A stretch of 53,437 nt of DNA, counting the filler, from Sphacelaria rigidula (Eukaryota): the NCBI GenBank assembly GCA_964200075.2. It is 4 parts of 4 records of this genome, joined end to end, with 100 filler letters (N's around TTAATTAATTAA, not from the genome) between each part and the next. Parts side by side here need not be neighbours in the genome. Positions count along the whole stretch, not along the records: positions 26,770 to 40,053 come from CAXNAA020002994.1; positions 40,154 to 53,437 come from CAXNAA020002995.1; 2 more parts are not named here. The stretch is one strand, 5' to 3'. Of this stretch, positions 36,041 through 48,308 are shown one piece after another (position 1 is the stretch's first letter; every line of letters begins with the position of its first letter). Position numbers and translations under genes: made by a program. The notes below the pieces were generated by a model. It saw nothing but the letters and a program-made list of their open reading frames with translations. It was not told the DNA's origin and ran no database searches.

Positions 36041-37051
36041 CTGTTGCAAAATGTGTTGTCGCATGTGCGGTACACAGGTGATCGTCGGAGCGTATGGCTG
36101 TTTGGTTGAGACAAGTGCTAAACATTGGGTCGGTAACACTCCAAGTTTAGAAATCAAGATACCTTGGGAATGACAAGCGCGGGCACTGCCGAACAGCAAG
36201 GCGATTTACTTCCTCTTTTTCCCGGACAAAGTAGAGGCACTCTGAGCCTACATATACCCTGCTCGTATCAACGGCGGCAACAGCGACACATCGCTGTATT
36301 CCGTGCACCCCGACCCCTGTAGTACACATGACGCAGTGAAAACACGTTGCTGTCCGACCTTGACGTTTGGTATAACCGCGAGCCTGCATTCGCTAGATGT
36401 TTCATTCACCAAGAAATATACAGAGCCCTCGGTTAGATCAATCCAATTGGATATGAAATGGCCGCATGTTTGCCGCAGTTTTCCGCAACATTAAGGCTGT
36501 GAACCGTGTTAACAGGGGTATTTCGAACATCGTCACCTACTTCGGTACACCACAGATAGTCCATTCAGGGCGCGATATTTAGCCCCCAACATCCCCAAGC
36601 ATTCTTGCAACGGAACCTCTTCACTGCGAGGCGTTGATATCTCTACTGGGCGAGTATTCAAACACGAAAATGAGGCCATCAAATATTGCATCAGCTTACG
36701 TGCGTTCAAGATGATCGGAGTGAAACGGTATAACTCTCATCTGCCACCTGCCTTAGGCAGTAACTCCTTCCACGCTACTTCTCGACGGAATCTGTGGCAT
36801 TGTGAACGCTTCGACTCGAAATCTTAGGTCTCTCAATGCAGGAACATTTGGACATCAAAATCAAGGTTCCAATGTTCATATTGGTTTACATAGAAAGGCT
36901 TAACATGACTATTTCCTGAGAGAACCTCAAGTCGAGATGAATTTGGGTTGCGTACCGCGCGATGGGTCCAGCGGTGCCTGGGGGGTATGTACTGTGCACC
37001 GTTGTCGTTGATATTGATTGAACGCCGTTCAAATTGTTCGTTATATCACAC

Positions 37052-37244
37052 CTCCGATTGCCGTGCTGTGGTTGTTGCCGCAGCTGTTCAGGGCGGACCA
37101 AGCCTTGCCGCATACGCACTGGGTTGGCGACCGTTGGCTATCTCCCCCGCTGTGCACAAGGAGGACTTTGGATGCCGAAAGGCCCCCGCTGTGCGGGTCT
37201 TCTCCTCCCTCTTCCAAGCTAGCAGCCCGCAGGGCCTCGTCGAT
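37052..37244 (-). CDS. FKGP: L-fucokinase/GDP-L-fucose pyrophosphorylase family gene, exon A (not in the ORF track)
   Basis: tttag|IDEALRAA...KVLLVHSGGDSQRSPTQCVCGKAW...|gtgtga. Matches the LLxHxGGxSxRxP....GK nucleotidyltransferase loop. 193 nt, splices in phase to 36040. Confidence 0.92.
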
Positions 37245-38944
37245 CTAAATCAAAAGTCAACGCCATTGAGTCGTGCGTGCGAGTGATGATGTCAACGTTC
37301 AGCCATCAGCAATTGCGATTGCACACGACAACAGTGTACAAGGTAGGAAGGTGGTCATGCAAACCAGTTGACGGAGTTTCACCGTTGAACGTGTCTTCTT
37401 CACGTCGAACCCTACGACCGACCCATACTTACCCTTCTCCAAACCCGCGGCAGACCGAGAATCCCGGGGAATGGGGGTGGGTGCATAGGGTGACACTGGC
37501 TGATCATCTGTTTGCGAGGAAAATGGTCCGAAAATGGTAGAGAGGTTGCACACAAACAGAGTGCACCTGGCGAGTAAGGTAGAAAAAACGCTGAAATTAT
37601 CATGGCAACTCGTCTACCGTCCTTACTAGACACTTTATCTGCCTGACCATTAGCTCCTGCATTCAAGAAGGCACCTTGACCACGAAAGTAGGTCTTGTGA
37701 TGGAAGGTGGGCCAAAGAATAGCCCTTCGTACGAAACTTTTCCCCGGAAGGCCATGTAAGGTCCCACCACCAACATCTTCCGGCCGTATCTTGGCGTTAC
37801 CTGGCGATAGTCTTGTCTAATGTACTCGGTATCTTGTGCTGCATGTAAGGGACTGCCACGCTGTATCCACACTGAAAGGGGCCATGCGATTCGCCCTAGG
37901 CCGCCTGCGTCGGCTAGACACATACGCTGCTGGGGCGCTTTGAATGAACAGTTCATTTGCCACTGTGCGGCAGCCTGGTTTGTGAAGGATGCAGCTGTGG
38001 GTGGGGGGGTGTGCTCATGACCTTGCATGCCACAGCCATGAGACCTTTGACCTCGCTATGGTGGGGGGGGGGGCTAAAAGTGCCGCGACGTGAAAAACAC
38101 CGCCAGGTAAAAAGCGCCCAGAGAGCACTGTTCCTGTGTTGCCCTGATTGATTCTCAAGGACAACAGCGGTCGAGAGTACCTTGCTTCTTATCCTGGCTT
38201 ATCCATACATGAAAACCCCGACGGTCGTTCCCGTTGTTTCGCGGGTTTTTTGGGCCAAGTGAGCAAGCGAGCTACAATGCAGCTTCTCTCCTCAAGTTCG
38301 GATCTCGATTCTCAAATTGTTGTGTGTTCAGCGGCGGCGCTACTTGATAATCTTGGCTATCTTCAGCGCCACCAGCACAAAGAATCTGAATTTGACCCCG
38401 CGGGAGCAAATGATATCCCGCAGTGGCACCTTCCATAGAAACACGTTTCGGCGTGTAAACCATCGCCGGGTGTAGTTTTGCCTTGAGCAAAGGTCGTCCT
38501 GCTACAAACGCACACGAACACCACGGAAGATGGTGAAGGTGCCTCGCACGTACTTATTACAGGTACCCAGAAACGAGCGAATCGCCTTCGATATTTAGAA
38601 TGGCGTAATTGTGCACTACAAGGAGCTGTGTACAAGACACTGTGCCCCCAGTCACGAGCTTTCGAGCAAGTCCAACCACTCAATACAAATCGTCGTGGCC
38701 GTCGAGATGTGACATATCAACCAACCTCGCACACTTGCTCCCAGCCATACGGCGCCAACTCCGCCCCCATCCGTCCTGCGGAACAGAATGGCATGCATTG
38801 ACGGGATAGGTGTTTTATGCGGTAACGGTTGATACCCTTTCCGTTACCTCACCTGATCATTACCGACTTGTTTCACGATGAAAGCATGAACCAGTACAGT
38901 GCTAGGATACAACGCAGCCAACGATTATTCTATACAGTATAATG

Positions 38945-39125
38945 CTTGTGTTTATATGTGTTCGTTTGTGGTTATTTTGTTGTTATTGCTGGTGTTGGTG
39001 GCGGTGTTGTTGTTTTTGGTGTTATCGCTCCTCCCCTTCTTTCCTTTCTGAGGCCGATGCTGCTGTCTTTTTCTGTTCCCTTCTTTCTTTTTTCTGTTCT
39101 TATTGCTATGTTCTATTTTTGCTGC
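38945..39125. repeat. TG/T-rich low-complexity tract
   Basis: Degenerate (TGT)n and (TTC)n runs. Confidence 0.7.
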
Positions 39126-39361
39126 TCCTGACCACGGGCTGGATTGTTGTAATCAGCTAATGTGAGATAAGCAATCAATCAATCAATCAGTTAATCAATA
39201 TTGCCCAAGCGTGAGCATTAGAAATCCCGACAATGCGCCAGCACGTTTATTGTGCTTAGGGTTAGAGCGTTGCGAGCACACCTGACTCGGATTACAAACG
39301 CGTGCCTACGGAGGTGATGTACGGATAAATAGAGTATACGAATCACCCATGGAAACCCAGC

Positions 39362-39795
39362 TACGAACACTCGGGTCATGCACATCACTATCAAGCGGAC
39401 TTGTACGAATCACAGGGTCATACAGATCGTTCATCAGGCCATGTGTACAGAGCAACCAGGTTCGTCACGTCACCAGACGAGAAATGTGTACAGGTTAAAC
39501 GGGTCATACGGAAACAGATCCATCATAGATCGCGAAGGCCAGACGCCTGATCGTCGGGCAGGCCTACGTGGGTCACCCGTGCTTCATTAACGCTGGCAAT
39601 GTACACGTCCATGACTCTTCCCCGGAAATGTTTGTCAGACGCTGACCGAATAGCGCCATGATGAGTCGAGTGGGCACATGACTATATCTTGTTTCTCCCT
39701 TTTCCCTCGGCGCAAGAGTGCGGACCCTGAACGAGAAAATACGAAAACAATTGTCCATTCTGCCGCTGGCACAGCTGAACATACGTCTCATCTAC
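39362..39795 (+). repeat. Dispersed repeat of about 435 bp, copy 2
   Basis: Colinear with 7995-8432. Confidence 0.85.
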
Positions 39796-40053
39796 AAGCT
39801 GGGCCGGCCAAAAAGCCAACAATCCTTCAGTCGGGTCTAGTTCTACGGCTGTCACGAGTTTGGGCTTCGAATTTGGAGGCTGATTTCATCAGGCAATACA
39901 GGAATGATAGGAGCCGGAAAAAAAAATGCTTTGCACTGATGTAGGGAAATTGTGGCAAATCGGCGGCGCGGTGGAGAGTTGTCCAACTGTAAAATCGACT
40001 GAAAGAAAGTATCCCCGATCAAGCTAAAATTTGGTGTGTGCGTGCGTGATGGC

Positions 40054-40153
40054 NNNNNNNNNNNNNNNNNNNNNNNNNNNNNNNNNNNNNNNNNNNNTTA
40101 ATTAATTAANNNNNNNNNNNNNNNNNNNNNNNNNNNNNNNNNNNNNNNNNNNN
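40054..40153. other. Artificial contig-joining linker
   Basis: N44-TTAATTAATTAA-N44. Confidence 0.99.
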
Positions 40154-40212
40154 GGAAAGCACTGTTTTAGGCTTGAACCTCATCTCAAAGTTAAACCTCA
40201 ATTCGCACAATT
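40154..40212. mobile_element. TIR fragment of the 20164-20586 MITE family, abutting the copia 5' LTR remnant
   Basis: ggaaagcactgttttaggcttgaacctcat..aacctcaatt resembles 20526-20575. Confidence 0.6.
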
Positions 40213-40219
40213 TTTTGTT

Positions 40220-40332
40220 ATACCTTCGTTCGATCGGCTTCCATGTCGACAACTGGAGTTGTGCGAGCTGCCTTCTACTTTCTGGTTAAGCAATCGGTGC
40301 TGCTTGAACCAGTGTGTGCTCGTATATCGACA
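40220..40332 (+). repeat. Copia 2 5' LTR (3' portion only)
   Basis: Matches 45987-46106 with a few substitutions and indels; ends atcgaca. Confidence 0.9.
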
Positions 40333-40384
40333 CGCTAGTGTACAGTACTTACGACAGACTTGGGCTAGTAGATAAGCTTTTACC

Positions 40385-43300
40385 ATGAGAGGTACAGAAA
40401 GCGAGCAGCAAGGGAGTAGAAATGTAGTAGCGGAGCGGGAGGTTTCCGCGCAAGAGATTTTAGTCACGCCGAAAGATTACCATAGTTTCAAGGAATGGCA
40501 AGCTAGTAGGGCTCGAGAGGCTTCCGCAACGGTGGGGACAGAAGGCCCGCCACGGCAGGAAGCTGCTCCGATGGACTTCGGAGCAAGGGGAACACCGCTC
40601 AGCAGCTGGGCCGGTGCTCGATCCGGAGGAGCTTCAGGTACTCAAGTCAGTAGCACGGCGTTGGGTAGGATGTCCGGTCTTGGATTCCCAAATGCAATGG
40701 TTTTGAGTGGGGGTGTTGATGTACAAGACGAAGTAGCACCCTAGCTACGTCGATACTGTTGAGTTTCGATTATCGAACATTGGAGGTCGACAAATTCATC
40801 CCTTCGACGCCAATAAGGGTCATGCATGGTTGAGTTTTAAGCGAGAAGTTGAGCGGTATGCTTTTATATACGGATTCGACGAGGGATTGTTTAAATACCT
40901 TGCGATTTGTATTGATCCTTTGAATGAGCAGCAGCTAAATTACTAGGGATGGGTGTGAGCTCGGACGACATCCAACGAGCACGATTTGCGTATATTTTGT
41001 TGCTCAATACTGTTAAGGATAAGGTCGTTAGACACATACTTTTCGAGTCGCGGTCGCCTTCTTTTAGCATGGCGTGCTTTGAATGAACAGTTTTATCCGA
41101 AAATATCGGGACGTTTCGGCCGAGTTCAGTAACCAAAAGTATACAGCAAGGGTCAAGACACCGATAAAATTTGAATCCGATTACAGTTGTTGAAGTCGCG
41201 TGCTAGGTCCCTGGGATTTGGAGATTGCTCAAGAGATTGTCGTGGACAAGTTTTTTCATTCCCTTCCCTCTGAGTACACCACTGTACGAGATCAATCACG
41301 TCTTGAGCCGACTCTCCAGTCGCAGAAGGCACAAGCCGTTGTCAAAGATTAATATCTGTCGCTCAAGAAAACAGGTGGTTCGCGTAGTACACATCACAAC
41401 CATGCCCTCTATACAGGCAACAAAGGTTCCACCCCCAGGGGTAAGAGTAAAGGGGGTGGGAATAGGTCGCAAAAATCAGCGATATTACATGGTACTAGCA
41501 AGGTTCAGGGTAACGGCGGTACGACTGAAAGTACTGGCGGCAGTAGTCCAACAAAGACAGAAAATTGGAAGGAGGAATCTACTATGTTTCGAGGGTGGTG
41601 GAAGGAAAAAGTCTAACATGTTTCGAGTATGGTAGGACCGGTCATCTCAAATCTGAATGCCCTGGACGTATTTGTGAGGAATGTGGAGGTGAGGCACACT
41701 CCAAGGGGTTTCATAAGATGGTCGCGATGTGTACATCGGACAATTTCAAGGATTCCTCACGATTTGGGTACGTTACAACGGAGACTGAGACTGGTGAACA
41801 CGCGTCCGCAGCAGGCAGTGTACCAGATGACCGCCCAACTCTTGACGAAGGGGGCAAGGCGCTTTGGATAGCGGATAGCGGAGCGTCATGCCACGTGACT
41901 CCGTCGAAGGAGAGAGTGTGTTGTTACGAGCCTTGCACAGGTGTATCGGTCACTGTAGCAAAGAGCCATAAAGTACCGACAGCGGGTTTTTGTAAACTAT
42001 TGGTGTCAACGGTTGGTGACCATGATCAACTCATTTTCAGCATCACCAGGGTGGCGCATGTCCCGGAGTTGGACGTAAATTTGCTTTCCCTGCAGAGTGT
42101 GGCCGTGTAACATGATTTTCCGGTTAGTGTGACGAAGAGAGTTGGACGTAAATTTGCTTTCCCTGCAGAGTGTGGCCGTGTAACATGATTTGCCGATTAG
42201 TGTGACGAAGAGAAGGGCTATGATTACTTTCTCTGATGAAAGGGAGGTGTTTTTCAACAAGGAAGGAAGGAATGATTCCTTGGTTTTCACTCGATTTTCA
42301 CCATCAACCACTTTGACGGATGATGAAGTTGACCACGATGAGTCTGCCAATGCTGCTCTCGCCCCTGAAAAGATGCAAATCAACCTCGATCAGGTGGACA
42401 TCAACCTCGATCAGGTGGACATCGATATGTTTCGTCAGTCTCATGGCCACCTGCATGAGGGCTTGTTGAGGGTGACTTTGGTGGGAAAGTTGGAGAAGTG
42501 CAAGGGGTGCTCCATTGCCAAGGAGCTGCGAAAGCCCGTTGCGACTTCAACCAACACTACAGCAGTGAAGCTGTTTAAACGAGTGTTCATGGATGCGTCC
42601 GGACCGCAGTTGGTCGAGAGTGAGGGTGGTATGAAGTGTTTGTTTCTAATTCGGGATGTTTTTCACGGAAAATCTGGACGTATTTCGGTGAACACAAGTC
42701 TGACAATACGAGAGCATTCGAGCAGTGCCTCGCAGATGTAGGTACAAAGTGCATTCTCTCGGTAGTGAAAACTGTGAAGTCGGACGGTGATGGAGAGTTT
42801 GCTGGGTCTTTCAGCGACCCATGTAGGACTCGAGGTATTAGACAGGAGTATACCCCAGCAGACAGTCCTGAGTGTAACGGTGTGGCTGAGCGTGCGATAG
42901 CAATGGTTGAGCAGGCCGCTATGGCTGCACGAATTCAGGCGAAGATACTGTATGATGTAGATATTCCGGCAAGAATATGCGCTGAATCGTATCGTTGGAC
43001 AGCAAACGCATTAAATCGCTCTGCTACCACGGCTAACCCCGATAAGAATTCTCCAGATGAACTATACTATGGTAAAGTACCCCAGGTTAAGCTTCAACCT
43101 TTCTTCAAGCCAGGATACGTCAGGTACAAGAGAACATCGAAGTGTATGCCCAAAGCACAGGGGCGTTTTTACCTAGGACCTGGTTACAACAACCCTCGAA
43201 ACTTCACGAGAATGCAGCACCCGCAATGTCCCTTGGTGCCGTTTACTTGCCTCAAGCTCGCAAACAGTGGTGCCGTTTTCTAGGCAAAGTAAGGAAACCT

Positions 43301-45312
43301 CGCAGGATGTAGAGAACGTGGAGGGCGATGCCGAGCACTCTGATTCAGGGGAGTCGGACCTCGGAGTATGGGGGGGGACATCGCAGATGGTGCGGTGTCC
43401 GAGGAGCGTGAACGAGATGGCAACGAGCGGTCGGAACCTGAGCAGGGACCACATAACGATGAAGGCGAGAACACGGTGGAGCAGCCGCCTGCGACGTCTA
43501 CGCCGTCGACATCGTCGTCACCAACCTCCGATCGTGATTCGTCGGAGACATCGTCTGTCGGTGGCGGAGATGTCGCGAACCAACCAGAGTCGGTTGGGAC
43601 GACGCTAGGTCGGACCAGGAAATAGACATGATTACTACAGTAACAACGCCAAGAACAGCGACTGCATCAACATGTTCCTGACCTACAGCATCTAGAACGC
43701 GATCACAGTGCGTTGTGGGTGTCGACGGAGGATTTATGGGGCGCCGACAGGATACTGGCATTCCTAGGCGACACGGACGGCCCAAGAAAAACAGGGGAGT
43801 CTGAATTAGAGGTTATTCCATACGTTACTCTTGATGAGATGGAGGTAGCACCTAAGACGGTAAAGGATGTATACAATTCTCAGTTTAAGAGAGTGTGGAT
43901 AAATGCAGTGAACAGGGAGGTGGAAGGATTGGAACGTAAGAACACGTGGACAGTTATAGACTCACCGCCAGGAGGAGAGAAAGCAATAGATTCCAAGTGG
44001 ACTCGTCGGTGGAAGACTGATGAGCATGGTTGTGTGAGAAAGGGAAAAGCTCGACTGGTTCCTAGGGGTGATCGTCAAGAGATTAGCGATATTTCAATGT
44101 TCCGACCTACCCCTTCCTCAACAACCAGCGGAGTAGCCGCGGCGGATGCTTGCACTGATGGAAATACCATTTTTCACCTTGACGTTGAGGAAACCTTCGT
44201 ACAATCTGAACTGAAAGATGAAGTGTACATGCGCCAGGTATAGGTAGACGGTCAGGTACTGTCGTACACCTGAGCAAAAGCTTGTATGGGATTCGACACG
44301 CGACTAGAGAATGATTTGTTGAGCTGTGGAAAACCCTAAAGCGTCTGGGCTTTGGCCATAGTTTGGTCGACCTGTGCATCTACAGGTTGATGGGCGGGGA
44401 GGAGGTTAAAGTTCTGATTGTGGTGCATGTCGATGACATGTTTGTGGTGGGTGATGAGGCTGTGTGCAACAAGTTGGCTGCACATCCGAACTGTCACTTC
44501 GCGACGAAAAATCTTGGAGAACTGGTCTTGTATGCGGGGTGGGTATTCTGAAGTTGTCACAGACTGCATATAGCCCACGGATTCTTGACAGGTTTTCCAC
44601 CACTAGGAACGCAGCGACCCTCGCGTATGGTTCACCTTCTTTCAAGGTCGATGAGGGAGAAGACTTCAGGGGGAGGTATCGCGAGGCGGTAGGATCGCTG
44701 ATGTGGCTCTCCAGCAACACTCGCCCGGACATCGCCTATGCCGTGAGAGCTGCGTCCAGGCACAACGAGAACCCGACAGCATAAGACTATCGCGAAGTAT
44801 CAAGGGCTTTTGAATACCTGAGGACTACGATAAATTTAGGGATCACGTATGTCAGGGGTTCAAGCGACGAGTTGGTAGCGTATGCGGATGCTGACTACGC
44901 AGAATTCGACGATCGGCGTTCAGTGTCGGGAGGGGCAATATTTTCCTGTGGGGCTGTGGTTGGATTCTCTCGGACTCAGAAGAATGAAATGTTGTCTACG
45001 ACTCACGCTGAGTATGTAGCAATGGGAGATGTGGTGAAGGATGCTCTTTTTGTGAAGGCGGTACTGAAATCCATGCAACCGCAGGGGAAGGCGTGTGGCA
45101 TTCCGGCGGCGGTATACGAGGATAACCAGGAAGCTATTCGGCTCGCCAATAATCCGCGAAGCTCATCACTTTTTTTGAGAGAGTTGGTGTCTGAACAGGT
45201 TATTCGAGTGGAGTATGTGCCGACAGCTCGACAACATGCCGATGTGCTGACGAAACCGTTACCTGCGGATAGTTTCCGGTACCAGGGGAATGTTTTGATG
45301 AACATCAAGTAA
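40385..45312 (+). pseudogene. Copia 2 gag-pol pseudogene
   Basis: Fragments 40385-40744, 41565-42110, 42190-42741, 42636-43283, 43713-44243, 44363-44784 and 44872-45312, with many stops and frameshifts. Confidence 0.93.
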
Positions 45313-45613
45313 CTTAGGCAACTTTGTCGGCTGAGGTATGAATCTCGGCCCTTGTACGGGTTATATGTCAAGCTATGAAAGTTTTGATTGAGATGCCGCC
45401 GCGAGGTTGAACTTACTTTGTCCCATTAGGGGTTAAGTGCATTCTCATGAAACCTGTGTCATAGTCGAGGCTAGGATATATTTTGGCTTTAACTTGGATG
45501 CGATTTGTGCTTGAGGGTTTAAAGTTCGACGTTGAAGTGTTCCACCAATTTCTGTGAGTCACAATTGAGTGCATTTTTTTTCACATATGTTCGACTTCCC
45601 AATGTGCAAAATC

Positions 45614-45621
45614 AGGGAGGG
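45614..45621 (+). promoter_or_regulatory. Polypurine tract
   Basis: agggaggg immediately before the TG start of the LTR. Confidence 0.8.
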
Positions 45622-46106
45622 TGTTGATCATGTGGTCATTTGACTCATGGGTAACAGCGTGAGATGCAAGAGCGTAAGATCCAGTATAATGTTCCGAGAT
45701 TATTGGTAGAAAGTAGAAAGTGCGGCATATTACCCGATGGTACGGACTGATCTTCAGAACGATAAGTTTCTCATTTTCCTTCTCAATGTGACAAGGAACA
45801 AACGTAGAGTTGTCTCAAGGTGTGCTGTGCGTTCTCGATGGGAAGAAATAAGGGACATTTGTCGCATCTTACGGAGGAGCTGACGGAGGTGCACATCCGC
45901 ACCCGCTCGTCCCTCTGAGCTCAGTGTGTGTTTGTTTTCTTCTCTCTCATGCCAGTTGTATTCAACGCGACTATATAGATATCTACATACCTTCGTTCGA
46001 TCGGCTTCCATGTCGACAACTGGAGTTGTGCGAGCTGCCTTTTACTTTCTGGTTAAGTAGCCAGTCGGTGCTGCTTGAACCAGTGTGTGCTCGAAGTATA
46101 TCGACA
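45622..46106 (+). repeat. Copia 2 3' LTR (485 bp)
   Basis: TGTTGAT...ATCGACA terminal inverted repeat; follows the PPT. Confidence 0.9.
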
Positions 46107-46136
46107 CGCTATGCCCAGGATAGAGCAGTTGAAGAT

Positions 46137-46586
46137 GACTGACACACAGCAGCTCAGCGACCCGACGCAGACTCGGGTCCATGATTTCAACGAGTTGACA
46201 CAGACTCGGGTGCGTGATCGGGAGCAGCCCCAGACAGTTTGGGGTCAGTGATTTCAGCGGCCCGACACAAACGCGGGTTCGTGATGTCAGCAATTGCCGG
46301 GGAGGGAACGGCGTCCAACAATATCCAAGCCATGATAAACAAGTACCCAGCTCTTCCCGGTAGGAACAAGGACGAGTACGAGAGGGCAAGAATCGCGAAC
46401 TATTCAAAGCGAAATTTTGGGTTGGAGGACGTCCGACAGATGGCACAACCCAAGTATGTCGACAACCCTTTGCGTCCCAACAAGTCCAACCCATCACTCG
46501 CGGAACATCACCCGCATCATACCTGTCAACCACGCACCCGGGATCGTAGACTTACGAACGCTTTCTGGTTATGGACTGGAGCCTGA
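46137..46586 (+). pseudogene. Possible gag N-terminal fragment of a different retroelement
   Basis: MTDTQQLSDPTQTRV..., then NNIQAMINKYPALPGRNKDEYERAR..., interrupted by stop and frameshift and ending at a SINE. Confidence 0.4.
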
Positions 46587-46602
46587 AGCCTTCATGTGTG
46601 TG

Positions 46603-46945
46603 TTGTCGTGGACGCCGGTCTACACCTTTCGGTGCATGTGGGCGCACCAGCCGGAGTCACACAGGAGGAAGGTCAACACAGGAGCCTTTCTCTTTTGTTT
46701 GTTATTAGTCCTACACCTTCCTTCTGCGGTGCTAGCCTTTTTGTCTTTTATCGCGAGAGGGGTTCAGCGGTTCCTTTCCCTCGTCGACCGTTAAAGCCGA
46801 ATTTAGTGTACCCACGACCAAGTCGCTCTCCACTGTTGGGCACTGTGTGAGAAAAAATCCCAGATCTCTCCGAGAATCGAAGTAAGTCACGACCCAACCA
46901 TCAGAAGGTTTCGAGGTCACCAACTGAGCCACCGGGGCGACCGGC
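46603..46945 (-). mobile_element. tRNA-derived SINE, copy C
   Basis: Minus-strand head gccggtcgccccggTGGCTCAGTTGG...ttcgattc; short CA tail. Confidence 0.85.
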
Positions 46946-47272
46946 TGTGTCTTCACGAGCTCTTATCAATCTTGAATTGGAGATTTTCTGGTTCCATTAT
47001 CAAAGCTTCGTCATTACGCCTCCGCACTATGTTTTCCCGAGTTCACAACATGGTTGTTACCACATCTTACATTTTGACGTTCGTCGGGATTGTTGTGGCG
47101 GACGTGGGTTTCAATGGATCTTTCGGCTTCTTCTGATTCTACCCCCTTGCATGCGCGTCTCCACCCGCGAATATATGCCTAATGATCATGATTACTCGGC
47201 GTCAATCTTACATTTGTCGTTTCACAGGCGAAAGCGATGCTTCACTCTCGTGGTACGAAATTTAGTTACGTA

Positions 47273-47821
47273 TTCCCTCCGTTCATAAACATGAGGTCGG
47301 TAAGGATGTTCACAACACACGGTCGGTTTCTACTATATTCCTCAGAGTAGGTCATTTAGCCATTGCGGAAGGCCGGACAAGGTTGCGATATGTGATCGAA
47401 TATCGAAATGGATGACAAAAAACAAATTCCGCTCAATAAGGGAGGGGATGGCTTGTTATTATCCCCGGGTAGGTAAAATCGTTCTTGCTGCCAGCGGGGA
47501 GGTACCGAATCACCGCAACGCTTTCCAAATGGATGATTCTCGCGTTTCGACGCCTGGGAGGTACTCCCAGCGGCAGACATGCCTCACCAGAAGATGGGAA
47601 GGCTTTTGACCGGAGGTTCAAAATTGCGGTGGTGATTTCGAGCGACTTGTGCAGGGGTGGGGCAAGATTTTTCGGTGGGATTTGAAAAAGAGACCGGTTC
47701 TGTGCGTCGCCGCGCCAGCGCGGCGGAACCGAGGGGAAAAATGGTTCAGGAAATGAGTAACATGGGCCCGAGTTAGACCGCATTCTGTCTTTACCGACCT
47801 TATATTTATGAACAGAGGTAG
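47273..47821. mobile_element. Stowaway-like MITE (Tc1/mariner superfamily)
   Basis: TA-ttccctccgttcataaacatgaggtcggtaa ... ttaccgaccttatatttatgaacagaggtag-TA. Confidence 0.8.
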
Positions 47822-48308
47822 TATGAATTTTATTCAATTGTCGCACATTAAACTAATCTCCTAGATGTGGTCAAACGATAGACGTACCCAAGGGAAATAA
47901 AACGGGAACACTTGTCAACGAACACAAGATGTGAAAAAAAAAAAAAAGACGACGACGGAAAGAGAGAACGAACGGAGTAGAAGAGAAAAAAAAAAAGCAA
48001 AACGGAACAAAACGAAGCAGAAAAAAAGGAAAAGAGAGGAATATGGAGAAGAAAAACAAACAGACAGGAAAACCGGTCCTGATGAAAATAATTCAACGAA
48101 AAATAGAAGAAGCCGGGCCCCGCACAGCATAAATTCAGGTGAAGAAGGCCGTGCGCAAAACATAAACGCACATGAACAAACGCTACAAAACGGCCCTGGA
48201 CTATTATAACACTGAGACTTGGAGAGATGGTGGAAGAGCAGAGAGGAAGGAAGAGGCGAACGCGATGGAGCCCTAGGACAATGTAGAATGTTTTCAAGAG
48301 CACAACCA

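Larger units (their letters stand above)
40220..46106 (+). mobile_element. Decayed Ty1/copia LTR retrotransposon (copia 2)
   Basis: Partial 5' LTR, gag with zinc knuckles (CFEYGRTGHLKSEC, CEECGGEAH), protease WIADSGASCH, integrase (KSDGDGEF...SPECNGVAER), RT (KARLV, VHVDDM), RNase H (YADADYA..RRSVSGG, EDNQ, ADVLTKPL), PPT and 3' LTR. Confidence 0.96.

Noticed and set aside
46860-46945. tRNA gene calls for the SINE heads
   Set aside because: The heads are degenerate and always attached to the same non-tRNA body.
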